This document shows positions 11,641 through 25,336 of a DNA stretch of 64,000 nt, piece after piece. Location: the NCBI RefSeq assembly GCF_964355755.1, contig NC_092674.1:9362001-9426000 (forward strand), in the 5' to 3' direction. The notes under the pieces are model-generated. The model was not told the origin of the DNA and searched no databases. It saw only the letters and a list, made by a program, of their open reading frames with translations. The DNA is from Antedon mediterranea (Eukaryota; Animalia; Echinodermata). A program made the position numbers and the translations under genes. The first letter of the stretch is position 1. Each line of letters opens with the position of its first letter.

Positions 11641-13162
11641 ATATTTTCTAATATAACTTTCAGTGTGTTATCTGAAGCTGATCCGAATCTTATCCGATTT
11701 ACATCCGCTTGTGTGACCAGTCACATGAAAATGTAAATAATAAAAAGTTATAAAAATAATTCACAAAATGACCAAACAGTACGATGTTTTGGCATTTTAA
11801 TAATATCAGTTCAATCAAGACAGTTTAATGTATATTCCAAAGTGTCCTTTAATCGACTAAATTAGCATTATCAAGTCTATGAATGAACTATAAGTTATTC
11901 AATAATATATATACATACATAATAACCAGTAATGTACTGTACTTAGCCATATGAAACTGTGAGAACACTAGGTATGGTGCTAGCCACCACATGCTGGGCT
12001 AAATTACACACAGGTCTAGGTGTGATAGGAGTAGATAGGGTGTAGGCAAGGTACAAATTTGATCAAATAACAAAATCTAAGACGTAATGTCTCTATTAGT
12101 CATACTAAAAATCTGTAGATGATTTGCTTGGCGGTAAAAGTAGCAGTGGTAGAACGCAACAAAGCAGTTTCTTCCGGTGTCATATTTTAAACAATGTGTG
12201 AAATGGACCATTTATTTGTAAAACTGTATGTAGCATTATTAGTGAATTATAGGAAAATTATACAGGTATTTAAGTTTACATTTCTTGTAAGAATAAAATG
12301 AATAGACCCATGGCAGAATATATGTGTTTACATTATATTTAAAAAAAAATAATACATTTATTTACGACCATCTCCAAAATAGAAATAAATCACAGTGATA
12401 TTTGAAAGTGAAAGCAAATATACAAACAAATTTTCCCTCATCTGAATCAATATATATTTAATTAGCAAAGATACTCACCCCAAAATGTAGTAATTACGGT
12501 CATTTTTAAACACAATAAAGGCTAGCCCTGGTCTATTTGAGCTGAAATACTACATTTAAGGGTCGATTTCTGCTGCATAGCATCGAATAAACCGTTTTCA
12601 AAAATATAATTTTTAGGCGCCAAAATGAAATGGTTAACATTAACATTACCCAAAATACAATGTGATCAAACTTTCAAGAGACTATACAGCTTCAATCTAA
12701 TAATCGTTATTTTGCGTTGTACAGTAGCTAAACCAGTTAAGTGGAATTCTAACCCTCAATTGTTGTGTTTTTAACCATTATTTTAATGCCGTTTTTTAAC
12801 TGGTTATTGAAGATTTGTCCTGTTTCTGCTGCCAAGAAGGTTATCTTTTGCAGCAGAAACAGGATAGGCTCGAATATTGATATAAAAGTTTTAATATTAT
12901 TATTAGTAAACATAAAAAACAATACAAACTGTATATTTTGATCTTAATTCAACATGAACGTGTAAACCAATTATATCCCTTTTAAGAAAACATGAATAAA
13001 CTGACCAATGAAATTATACATGACTCATCACTGCTCGAATTTACATTTTTAAACTAAATTTGATGCCTTAAGTTTGCATTTTTTCCATTAATTTATAATA
13101 AATGAGTTTTATCTAAACATACATCACAATGGTTAAGTAAAAAATCTCTACGTTGACATGCT

Positions 13163-13311
13163 GCTATTTATGGACACACTCCTATTGAGGGGCCACTACT
13201 TGCTAGTGAGGGGAAATTAAACACTATGGCCAAACTTATTCAGGGGCCAACCTTTATTAAGGAGACTCTTTGCGGAGTCCCTGAAGGTGTTCCTTAATAG
13301 GGCTTTGACTG
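13163..13311. mobile_element. Degenerate copy of the 537-991 MITE family without an expanded array
   Basis: Shares the AACACTA..GCCAA...TATT.AGGGGCCA motif and ends ...TTTGACTG|TA; further fragments at about 10400-10480, 47720-47810 and 55890-55965. Confidence 0.5.
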
Positions 13312-14769
13312 TATATAATTTGTTATATAATACAATTTGAGTTTACATAATTTTTATTACTGCTAACATTTTTAGCAGTAAATACATTTTTGAATGTTGA
13401 CACTGTGTCAACGAATAATGAAATGATAAACAATTGATAGTTGAACAATGACTCAAGCCGACTTAAACGCAAACAGCTTAAAAACTTGCAACAAGCAACA
13501 CATTGGCATGTACAAAGAAAACAACACTTTGTTTGAATAAATATAAAGTGAAAGAATTCTAAAAACAACAAATTTGACAAGAATCAGTAAGTTAATGACT
13601 AACTAAACACTTATTATAAACTCCTAAACATACCATTTACTAAATAAACGTTTTTATCAAGGTGTATACTGATACAGAGTTCATTGTGTTTATTTCATAA
13701 GAACCAACAATATTTCCAAGGTCCTTATTCTACAAAAAATACCATAATTTGGAAAAAAAAATCATTATATAAAAATCAGTAAATGACATTTTTCAATATG
13801 GTCATTTTGTGTGGAAATAAAAGATAAAAACGATAATGTTTGTCTCCAAAGGACATGAATTTGTGATTCTTTTTTAAATCTAACAATATCCTATCAGATT
13901 ATTTGTAGAAGAAATAGCCACGATAATTAGATGTAACTGGTTACATACTGTATTTTTAAAAAAGAAGCTTGAAGAAAAGGATAAAATATGGTGGGTGCAA
14001 ACAGTATGGTGGGTGCTACAGTAGGTGTAAACTTTAGATTTAGTGAAGCAAAACAGTTCCCAAGATATCATCTACTTAAACCTAGCACAATTACATCACA
14101 TTATTTACATATTTAAAAGCAATAAATTCACATATAACTCCCAACAAATACTGCACAAAAAGAAATGACAGTGCTACGTTGAGGTGCTCTCACTAGAGGG
14201 TGCCAAGGCGGACTGTCTCATTGACAGCTAGTATGGGTGTGCCACTAAAAATTCTTCTCTTCACATTTGAAAGGCAATGGTGGTTAATATCCAGGTAACT
14301 TAGGCACGAAATAGACTCAATAATTTGCATAAAAATTGTATTAAAATTCAGAACAAAAACGCAAAAATGGATCTATTATTTTTTAAATATTGTACTACAA
14401 AAATCAAATAAATGAACATAACATTTTAAGGAGTCAGTAATGGCTTTGTTGAATACAAACATATAAACACTGTTTTTCTATAACAAACATCATTATTACC
14501 ATAAAGGAATCTTTTACATGATACAGTATATCCACTGTAGAAATCCACCAATACACAATTAATTTATGTTGTTTAACCAACAACTTGTTCATTGTTTTTC
14601 AGGAAAAACAATCAATTGTTTAAAACTTATTAAAGTCAAAAGTACAATATGACAGTTGTAATACATTCTAATTTGACCTTTATTGACCTATGATGTCAAA
14701 AAGTAAACCAGGAAATGCTTTGTTAAGTGATGAAACTACTTATTGTTTTTGCCATTTATATAACAGTAC

Positions 14770-15499
14770 TATGGAACGCTGTTTACGCAACATTTCGATG
14801 ATATGAATTTTATGACGCGATATGTGAATGAAATGCATCGATATAAATTAAATGGTGCGATATATGAATGAAATGTTTTAAATTGAATGCTTTGAATTGA
14901 AAGTTTTGAATAAATTGTTTTGAATAAATTGTTTTGAATGAAATGTTTTGAATGAAATGTTTTGAATGAAATGTTTGAATTGAATTGAAAAGTCAAACTA
15001 TTGGTGGCGTATGTCATTCCCGCTCGCGATTTTTTTCTCAATCTTTTAGGCCTAATCTCCTTTCCACGCTGCCTTTACAAAGAATCCTAACCGACCTGGG
15101 TTCGGAAATATGTATTCCACTGTTTCAGGTCTGTTAGGATTCTCTGTAAAGGATCCATATTGATGACAGCGTGGAAAGGAGATGAGGGTACCCAGGCTTA
15201 GGCCTCTAAGAGGTTGAACAAAAATCGCGAGCGGGAATGACATACGCCGCCAATAGTTTGACTTTTCAATTCAATTCAAACATTTCATTCAAAACATTTC
15301 ATTCAAAACATTTCATTAAAAACATTTTATTCAAAACATTCAATTCAAAACATTTCATTCAAAACATTTCATTCAAAACATTCAATTCAAAGCATTCAAT
15401 TCATAATATCGCGCCATTCAATTTATATCGATGCATTTCATTCACATATCGTGTCATAAAATTCATATCATCGAAATGTTGCGTAAACGGCGTTCCATA
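14770..15499. mobile_element. Foldback-type non-autonomous DNA transposon with long TIRs (IS3EU-like termini)
   Basis: TATGGAACGC...GCGTTCCATA ends; inverted arms of about 270 bp containing (TTGAATGAAATGTT)n subrepeats; flanked by direct CAGTAC at 14764-14769 and 15500-15505. Confidence 0.85.
15055..15183. mobile_element. Small palindromic element in the centre of the foldback element
   Basis: Perfect 17-bp inverted repeat ATCTCCTTTCCACGCTG ... CAGCGTGGAAAGGAGAT plus an inner 27-bp inverted repeat with 2 mismatches. Confidence 0.6.
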
Positions 15500-15746
15500 C
15501 AGTACTTTATAATATTATAATATATACAGTATTCCTAATCAAATGTATTGCTGTATTTATTATGAAATTAGTTGCAAAATCTTTGTGTAAGTATGTCAAT
15601 TTTATTTACTATACAAAATATATAAAAATTACCATCATCATAATAAAAATATAAATTAAGAAAAAAAAATATGTAAATTTAAGAAAAAAATAATTAATTG
15701 CATAGATAAATCATTGCATAACCAACAAGCTTTATTTTTGTTATTA

Positions 15747-15915
15747 TAGGTTACTTTCCTTTAATTCTCGGTCTTTTAGATTTTTTTTATTAGGTTACTT
15801 TTCATTAATTCCCAGTATTTCTAGATTTTTTTTTTGTAGGTTAGTCTTCCATTAAATCCCGGTCTTTACTAGGTTTTTTTAAAGGTTACTTTCCATTAAT
15901 TCCTAGTCTTTTCAA
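15747..15915. repeat. Degenerate minisatellite of about 45 bp x4
   Basis: TAGGTTACTTTCCATTAATTCCCGGTCTTT.TAGATTTTTTT-like unit repeated. Confidence 0.8.
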
Positions 15916-18108
15916 GTAAAGGTTGTGCTTGTTTGTGGTTATTTTTTTAAATGTTTTATATAAATAATTGTATCTTTTTTTTCATTTGTTTTAAAATACC
16001 AGATTCATTATCATATGAAAGTACTTTTGTAATGATGGCAATAAAAACTTTTAGGGGTTGTATCAATGTCAAAGGTTAATTATAGTATAATAGTGATACA
16101 ATAACTTGATGGCACCTGCCACCAGAAAATAAACATTAGTGTGTTGATCTGAGATCAAAGTCTGTAACTCTGGATCAAGGGAAGTTGACCAGACATATCC
16201 AGTACATACAGTTTCACCATTACAGGTCAAAACTGTCTACCACAGGTCAACCTTGGCTACCAGATTAGTGTGCTTGCTACCTGGCCTACCAGAAATTAAG
16301 GGAGGGATTACAGACAGGAACTCGCATCATATCCTTTTGCATTCAGAGAAAGTAAAAATAACAAGTATCTGTATATTGTCTCATGTTATATCCAACAAAA
16401 ATATCAATAAAACATTAGTAAAATTTACCATAAAAATTATTATAATTTTTAATTAATTAATTCCACAAAACTGTTAATTGTCCTCAAATTATGGATAAAA
16501 ACATCCAATTGTTTGAGGTTGTACAGTATTATTTATAGGTGTTTCCTATTCTCCTGAAAAGAAGGTATTGTATTGTAGATTAGGTTAACTTGAAATTTAA
16601 AATGTTTCAAACTCAAAGGCCATATTCAATAACACTTAAAAGTGAGATATTTCCATAAAATACTAAGTATTTCACATAAGTAAATAAATATTTTAGAAAT
16701 TCACTTAAGTTAACCATAGAAACTAATTTATATAAGTTTATGATGCAACAACAGAATTAAATGTTAGTTTTCGTTCGTTAACTTGTTTCTTTAATAGAGA
16801 TGTCCCCTGAAAAGAAGGGATTCTGTCGTTTATGTTAATTTTAAATTTCAAATTCACCAATAACACTTCAGTTTATGTTGCAACAACCGAATTAAATATT
16901 AGTAAAATATTTGATTTGTATTGAATCTGAAATAACAACTGTCTTGATCCCAGCACTGAAATGATCTTGACACTAAAGAACAATGCCTACCCCATTGTTC
17001 CGTTAAATCTATCTACCATTAGCCATTATCCTATTGAACAATATAATTTATTGATTTAGTCCTAATTGATGCTTGCCTCACACAATCAACTCGGGCTCAA
17101 CACACTTTATTCTGCAATACATTGGTTTATACTTTCTATTTAAAACTTATCTGATATAATTACCACATTTTTTGGGGGTTAATCACTCTGATTTGTAAAT
17201 AACATTAACGTCGATTAGTATTTTACATTCGGTTGAATGTGAATATAGATAACTAAAATAAAAAATTATGTTGTTTTTGTGACGAACTCTCCCTGTTATC
17301 GGGTTTGTAAACAAAACCGATAACAGGGAGAGACATTTTTTCAGCAAGTCAAAACATTATATTATGTATTGTGTTGAATTCAACAAACATTTTACCAAAA
17401 CAATGTGATCCAGACATGCTTATAAATTTAATAATGTTTACCCTTTGTTTCATTAATATGTTAGGCCAAATAGTTTCATGTCCCCTCGCTCCAAAAAGTT
17501 TGGGCTTTACTATTTTATTTAATTTTTGAAAAAATGGTTATATATTCATTAAAAAATATTTAAAGAATCTTTAAATTTATTTATTAAAATAAGTTTACAT
17601 TGTTGAATTTGTATAAATATTATTAAGCAGGATATGATAGGGCTGGCTCAATCTCTTATGTCTTTTTTTATGTTTCACATTTCAACATACAAAACCTTTG
17701 GCAATTGAAATCCTTTAGCAAATAAGGTAATTTATTATTTGAATGCATTTATTCTCGAACTAAGTCTTTTCTTTGTATTATAAGGAAGCTGGAATGATAA
17801 GAAATGAGATTTAAATGCTGATCCCATCTGGTTACAAGCCTGTTAGTACATCTAAGTCGGTCATTGCAAAGCGCAGGCTGATAACATAGAGGTAGTTATT
17901 ACTTATGAATAACAAGTTAGGCTGTGGATCCCTTGGGAGCAATAATTTGCATTGAATATTCGACTATGCTATCGTAATCAAACAGAGAAACACAACAAAG
18001 TGAATACCGGTCAAAATGCGCAAGTGTCAAGCAAATGCTGGCTTTCTTGAATATACATGTGGGAGGATGGTGGGTGGGTGGAGGCGAGGATGAATGAAAT
18101 ATTGGAGA

Positions 18109-18340
18109 GAGAGACATGTGGTTGTAATGTATTGATGATGTTGGACAAGATGGATAAGGGTTTAGTAGAAGGTGGAGAAAGCGGAAAATGGATGGGATTT
18201 TGGATAGATAGATGTGGTTTGATTGGTGATGTTGAACAAGATGGATAAAGGGAGAAGGTGGAGAAAGCGGAAAATGGATGGGATTTTGAATAGAGAGATG
18301 TGGTTTGATTGGTGATGTTCGGCATGATAAAAGGGTTGCT
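18109..18340. repeat. Purine-rich tandem repeat of about 86 bp (about 2.5 copies) inside a G/A-skewed tract at 18060-18480
   Basis: GAAGGTGGAGAAAGCGGAAAATGGATGGGATTTTG occurs at 18168 and 18254; this explains the overlapping spurious ORFs. Confidence 0.85.
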
Positions 18341-21300
18341 GGAGAGATTGGAAGAGAGAGTGGAAGATGGATGACAGCAAAGATGGATGGAATAATTGAT
18401 AGAGAGATGAAGGTGGACAATGCTTATAAAGGGATGTATTAAGGTGTTAAAGGATGTAGTGGACGGCGGTAGAATGAAGCTAAACCTGGGGTAGGTTTTA
18501 GACCTTTCCTTATAAAAGGATTATTATAATTAACTATTGATGATAAATTAATAAAAATATAAAAATAAATACATCATTATAATTAATGATAAAATATAAA
18601 AAATGTAATGCTATATAGTAAATAATTTAAAACATCAATTTTAAAAACCCCATAAACCACCGGTTTAAATATCAAAAAGTTTATAAATAATGTTAATTCC
18701 ACCCATTACTGAATTGCGTAACAAATTTTTATTTTGCATGACACAAGAATTTAATCCCTTTTTAAAAAACATGACTAATTTGCTTGTATGCACGTAAGTA
18801 TGTGGCTTGTCTTCCTGTTTTTGTCCAGGATACTACCTGCACGTACATGGTATAATAAACTTCCAGAGTCTAAAATGACCATTGATATATTCTAGAAGAA
18901 GTACAATTTCTGCACACATTTGTTTTTTTATTCAATTCATATGAAACTGACAGCCATAGGTCTTAAGAGTGTACTGGGAACCGGAAAGATGCGCAACATA
19001 AAAATGACTAGACAATGGCGTAGTACAAAGTTGCTGTCTTCACTGCTTTTTCATGCCAGAGTGTCATGAAAAAAAATTATAATTTATAGAAACCATAATT
19101 GTACTGTCCTTTCACTCGATAAATAGACAATTAGAATACTATGAAAATTATTTCCTTATTTTATAGAATCTAAAACAAAGATTAGATATAACCATGTAAA
19201 TCAGATACCCATATTAACAAGTTCCGTTTAGTTACTGTTCATTTGGGAATGACCGTCCTCAAACAACGGATGTATATTTTCATTTTATCAATCCATTACT
19301 CTGTTCAAAAGACTTTAGCCAAATGTGTGGGGTAACCTAGCCTAAAGGACAGTGCCTCCCCTTCATATTTTCCACCAACCTACTGTAGGAGGCCTCTTAA
19401 CCTAGTAGCTTTTACATACCCCAAAACAAACCCACACACACTACTAGAAACAGGTAAGCTAGGCACGAAATAGACTATCAAAATCTTGTTATACCAACCT
19501 TTCAGTTTTTATCACCTAACAATACTTTGACAAAGCTGATAATTTTTTGACGTTGAGTGATTGTTCTGTATAATGATCATTATTCAATGTGCTATGGGTC
19601 AAATCGGCCAAGGCAACTTAACACTGGATTTTGTAATAAACAATGAACAATGTATATTATAATCGTCATGTCAAATATGGCATCATATGACTGCCACTCT
19701 ACTACCTTACATGTAGATCAAGTGATCAATACTAAAACAAAAAAAATGTGATGCGTTATATTTTAGGAAATTCCAAATTTTAGACGATTGATTGTTTTGT
19801 GTTTTTATTATATTTTATTTAGGCCTACTGTTAAAGTTAAAACCATTAACAGTCCATTGTTTGAATAACCAAAACCCTGGTAACAATATTCTGCATACAT
19901 TCTAGATGATGAATGTTATATCATTTTGTTTAAATTTGCACTCTATGAATTACTATATATATATTAATAATTTGATTGGGTGGTTACAAAACCTATGTTT
20001 ACACGCTCTTTTTTAGTATCAGTTATAAATCGCAGTTGTCGGAGTTACTCTGCAGTTTAGCTTGTTATACGAGTCAATACGAGTCATAATATAATATCTG
20101 TGTTAACATTACATCAGAGGTACCTCAGAGTTTACAGTACAGTATATCGGATTAATGACACAGAGGGCTACCTGATCCAACAAGCACTTTAATACCGCGA
20201 TTGCAACTCGCATGTGATTCAGATCAGCTTAAGCGTGCATAGACCAAAGTTAACACTAGTGCGCGTAAACACTGTTTAACAAGCACACCTTAATACACTC
20301 ATCTTCCCTATCCAAGAATAATCAATGACAACTTACATCGTTTTGTGAATCCACAGGCATTGGTGTGGAAGTTTTAAGAACTGTCATTTCATAGAGTATT
20401 CCCAATTAAAAGGTAACCGATTCTCTAATTAAATAATGACAAACATCTTCCATAGAAACATAAAGCAGCAGATAACAGTACAGTAAGTCCACAGTAGGTT
20501 CTTAATACTATAGGATACTTAGTATACAGTAAACAATAAATGTCAGATTGTATGATATTAACGCTATTCCAGTTTTTATAATAGCCTGTGAAAGTATTAT
20601 TTCTGATACTATAAAGCGTTTGGCTTTGTTCCTTCTTCTAACTTCATCAGGATACCAACGACCGGCTACTTCCCTTCAACACACTCTACAGTCATCAACA
20701 AGTTCATACAACGATGTGTTATGCGGGTGTTACGTCAAATGCTGAGTGACCCGCACTAAACAGGAAACTCCACTAGATTTCAACATAGCCAACAGTGAAA
20801 CTTATTGAACAACAAAGAAATAAGATCGACCAATTGGGGAAAAACACTAATAACAGAAATACTATGAATAGAAATTGAACAACCAGAAACTTCTGATGCT
20901 TTCCTAAGCAAATAGATACTGCACTGTAAACAAAAAAAAAAGCCAGATAACAAACATCTTTGAAGGCCAACAGCTAGCTAAAATTTAAATACACTTTTTA
21001 AAGAATAGTATAAGAAATGGGACTATATAACTTTTAAAATAAGATTTTATATCAAGAACAACAAATCACGACAAACTATAACCTATTTTAGTTCTAGTAA
21101 TTTAAATCAGTGTGTATGATGCTGAATTAAAAGATGAATCAAAATATAACCAACTAACTAAAAGTGATTATATATGATCTTTATACATGTCCAAAATAAA
21201 ACATGAAATTAAAATGAATATAACATTACATAAACCTGGATTAACCAACAAAAGACTTTAATTCTCAGAATATAGAGAGACAATCACAAACAATGCGATA

Positions 21301-23387
21301 AAGAAGAACGTTTGTTGAAAATCCCTATCCAATAATGGTAGAACCTACCTTCAAGCATGCATCTTGCAGTAACTTAATACATAAAACACAAATAAAATAT
21401 TTTGGCGTTAATTTAATCTTCCTATATTTATTTGATTTACATCCAAAATTATCTTTTTAAAATTAAATGTTATCTATTTACTGTAGTTTACAATATGATC
21501 CTGAATATTACCATTAAAATGATATTTGATATACAGAAATTACTCCTTTTCACATTGCCTAGAAAAACTACACACATTTGGGGCACATATTATTGTTGAT
21601 GCCTGGTGTATGTAAACTCAGAAGTATTGCTATGCAGTGTGAAAGGGGTTTTGAAATATAAATTGTGATACAGTAGATTGACAGTTCATCAAATTTGATG
21701 TGCACATTTTTTACATAAAAATCAGATTGGGAAATGCTGCCCTCTTTGTTATCTTGTCTTGTTTAATAATGTATCAATTTAAACTTGTTATTTGTTATCA
21801 CAGTAAAATCTACACATTTTGTTTAAAAAGAATAAAATCAATAAAAAAAGAATTAAAACATTTGTAGTTGTATTTTTTTTTCCTAAATTGATTCATGCTA
21901 GATATTGTTACCTTCGTTGCATTGAATATTCATTTTCATATGTATGTTTACATAACAAAATAATGAAATAAATGTTTTGATTAAATTGAATTACATCAAC
22001 TAGGATATCTACAACATTTACGTTAATAACGATACTGTTCAAAATATTTACAGTACAGTAAAGTATAAGTAAATACACAGATAAATTTGCCTGCATAATG
22101 ATGATTCTCGATTCTTGTTACTTTGTCATCTCGGATAAAATCCTTATCGTTGGCAGGTTAATTAGCCATCAAACCGACAATGTTCAATACAGTATAGCAG
22201 CTCCCGTTAAAGCTATACATTATTCATAAGAGCACACAAACACAGTAACTAACAACACACAACGCTGTCAGCTTAGTACAACTCTTAAATAATTATCTTC
22301 TTTTATGCGATCCTGTACAGTTTATTTTAATGGTTGTAATCTATGTTTTAAAAAATCTTGTAGAACCTTTTTATTTGTACACCAGTTCTTTATTATTTAT
22401 TGAAACAAAATTCAGCACAAAAAAAAATGATTTTGTTTGAGCAGGGTTGTATCTGCATATGATGAAATTTGTCCAGTATACAGTAATAGGCAAATGCATA
22501 ATATAATGGTGTCTGTATGTAAAGTATGTACAAGATTTAGTTAGGAATTACATTGCCTATGTTTCAATTAAAGATGATCACAATGTTTATTACCCCTACA
22601 AACTGCGCACTACAATGAACGCATAGATGATAATACTTTGTAGGCTACGTTTAAAATAATGCTCTATGTACTGTAGACTACAAAAAGATACACAACAAAG
22701 CAATCTTTCTGTAAAATATCATATTTTATAACAATTAAACCTTAAATAACCTTTTAAATATAATTTATTCAATAAACTCCATACACATCAAAAACATGAA
22801 AAACAATTATTGTAAGCCTCTGGTACAGAATTGGGATAAACTGATAACATGTTTAAATGTCAACACATATGGATACAAAAAGACAGATCAAATCCATAAT
22901 CCTGCGAGATAAGAAGCAAGCAGTAAATCACATGTTAATATTGAAACATGCCACAACCAGGGAGTTGTTAACTATACTTTTACAGTGCACATTAGGTTGA
23001 CATTAATTTCTTTGTTTAAGTCAAAACTATATTTCAGATTATTGTGCAAACAAAAAGACAGTGTATACAGTAATTATACAGTCTTTTACGACCAGACACC
23101 TAGAAGAACTATATTTTGTGGCTAAATTTAGGGGTGGATGCATACTTTTTTAAACGGGGAAGCACAGTCCCTTAAAAAGTAGTGCATAATAGCATTTTAG
23201 AAGGAAGGAATGTACATCCCTAACTAACACTATTTGCTCTAAAATGGTACGTTTTTAAGGCCATATTCCTTTCTATTCACTCACATGCATTCTGATACCA
23301 GGACTTTCTAGAAATGTTAGACTTCATTATTGTTGTTGGGAGATAATTTCTATGAAATTGAAATATAATGCCTACTTAATTCCATTA

Positions 23388-23551
23388 AGCTCTGTCTACA
23401 CTACCAAACTTTATGTAAAAATGTGATGTGCTATAGTGATATATGGACTTGATGACATCATATCACTACCATATTTGGGTATATCACTACCACATTTGGT
23501 TGGGCACATAACAGTTTTTTGTCCAACTAGTTTGATAGTGTAGACAGAGCT
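23388..23551. mobile_element. Harbinger-like MITE family A, full copy
   Basis: TTA|AGCTCTGTCTACACTACCAAACT ... AGTTTGATAGTGTAGACAGAGCT|TTA. Confidence 0.9.
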
Positions 23552-25241
23552 TTAGATTCCACTGGAAAATTAACTACAGTACTACTTTATCTGATATATT
23601 GACTGTATACAAGCTAGTGAGTTTAAAGATAACAAACAAGATAACTAGGCAACAATTCCTTCACCCATAATTTGCGTCTATAGAATGAATAAAAGGTTGG
23701 TGTTAAATTTTAAATAATTTAAAACTGACAATTTAATGACAGTGTAAGCATCACATGACACCTGACAGTCCTGTTTCGAAGACTAGATTTGAACTCATGA
23801 CCGTGACAAGTTAGGTTGTCTGCGTTAACCCACCATGTAACACATGCACATTGAATTACGCATGTACTGTAAATTAAAATGAGCGCGGAAAAAATAATTT
23901 CGCCATATCTGAAGTATATAATGTTTACACAGTATACAGTAGTACAATGAAATGATATAATATGATCCAATCAGACTTAAACATGCATATTATTACTAGC
24001 TGAAGATTACAGTTTGTACACTATTTTAAAAGACTGCTGGTAGTTTCTCTCTCTCCACCTTTCAAATTATAATACTTATTTGTACATTAATTAAAATTAT
24101 ATCAATTATCATACAAGTATTATTTTACAGTGGGTTGCAGACTATGTACAGTATGGAATTATGGAGGAAAAGAAGGCCCAGGGCTAAAAATTGTAAATAA
24201 TGTATAGCGTACCTTAATACATGAACTTATGTCAATTCAACTGGCAGACCAGCTAAGAAAGGGGAACTGCTAAAAATGCAGTTATTATCACTAACTGCAG
24301 TTAAAGACATGATGAGGATGCCTTATGTATAATATAAACCATTATAGGGCGTATGGCGCACTGTGGGACAAGCTACGCATTTTTCTGCTTATGGTTACCA
24401 CTTGTCTGTATAATTAATAATGTTAAGTGTACTGTAATAATGGGGCTTTCTGTATTAAGCGATATATATGATGGAGGTACAGTATTATTATTATTATTAA
24501 TTTAATAATGTTAATATTTAATAAAAAGGCGTTTGTAAGTATAATAAATAAGCATGATAGTCAAATATGATTCAATATGAGTTGATTATTATAAACATTT
24601 TAAATTTCAATTTAATGCAAAATGAATTTAATATGCAACAAGATAGAAAGGTTGGGTTGTGGCCGAGGTTTAAACTGAACTAATATATCTGTCTTTTTCA
24701 AGTGTACTCTCCTTTCATTTATATGTATTGTGTCCTCTCTATACAATTTGGTTTAAATACAAAAGCTAATATTCTATCCATGAACCTTTCAATATGATGG
24801 AGTTGGGATAAAACGTGTGTATCAACAGATATAAGCTTTAAATGTCAACGAGCAACGACTTCAAGCACACAATTCAAATACATAATCTACTATGATACTA
24901 GTAAATCAACTGTTAGCACACAAAGATACCAGTCCTAATATGCTAATTGCAACAAAACAATTGGTCTCGTTCAAATAACGGTCATTGAGCGAGGTGATTC
25001 CAAGCGCACACTGCTATCGTTGACTGGTGTTCAACTGTGTTAAGTTGATTGTATGGCAATGGAATAATTAAACCCTGCTACATTGCAATACTTGTGCTTT
25101 AAGCTGCTAAGCCTAAACTGTAAAGACTGTGTGCATATACTTATAGCTACCGTATTGGTTTATTCATAGTTAACATCATTGTTGCATTAGATTTCGTATT
25201 ATTTATACATAATCATGTCAAAATCAAGTCTACCAGTTTAG

Positions 25242-25336
25242 AGCTCTGTCTACACTATCAAACTTTATGTGAAAAAAAAATGTGATGTGCCTATATATGG
25301 ACATGAAGACATCATATCACTACCATATTTGGGTAT
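25242..25336. mobile_element. Harbinger-like MITE family A, left half only
   Basis: AGCTCTGTCTACACTATCAAACTTTATGTG...CACTACCATATTTGGG; the right TIR is missing. Confidence 0.8.

Noticed and set aside
14769-15512. Pair of similar 90-91 aa ORFs on opposite strands
   Set aside because: Mirror translations of the two inverted arms of the foldback element; no transposase motifs.
17917-18420. Overlapping ORFs of 63-167 aa
   Set aside because: Products of a purine-skewed tandem repeat that lacks stops on one strand; no domain or splice support.
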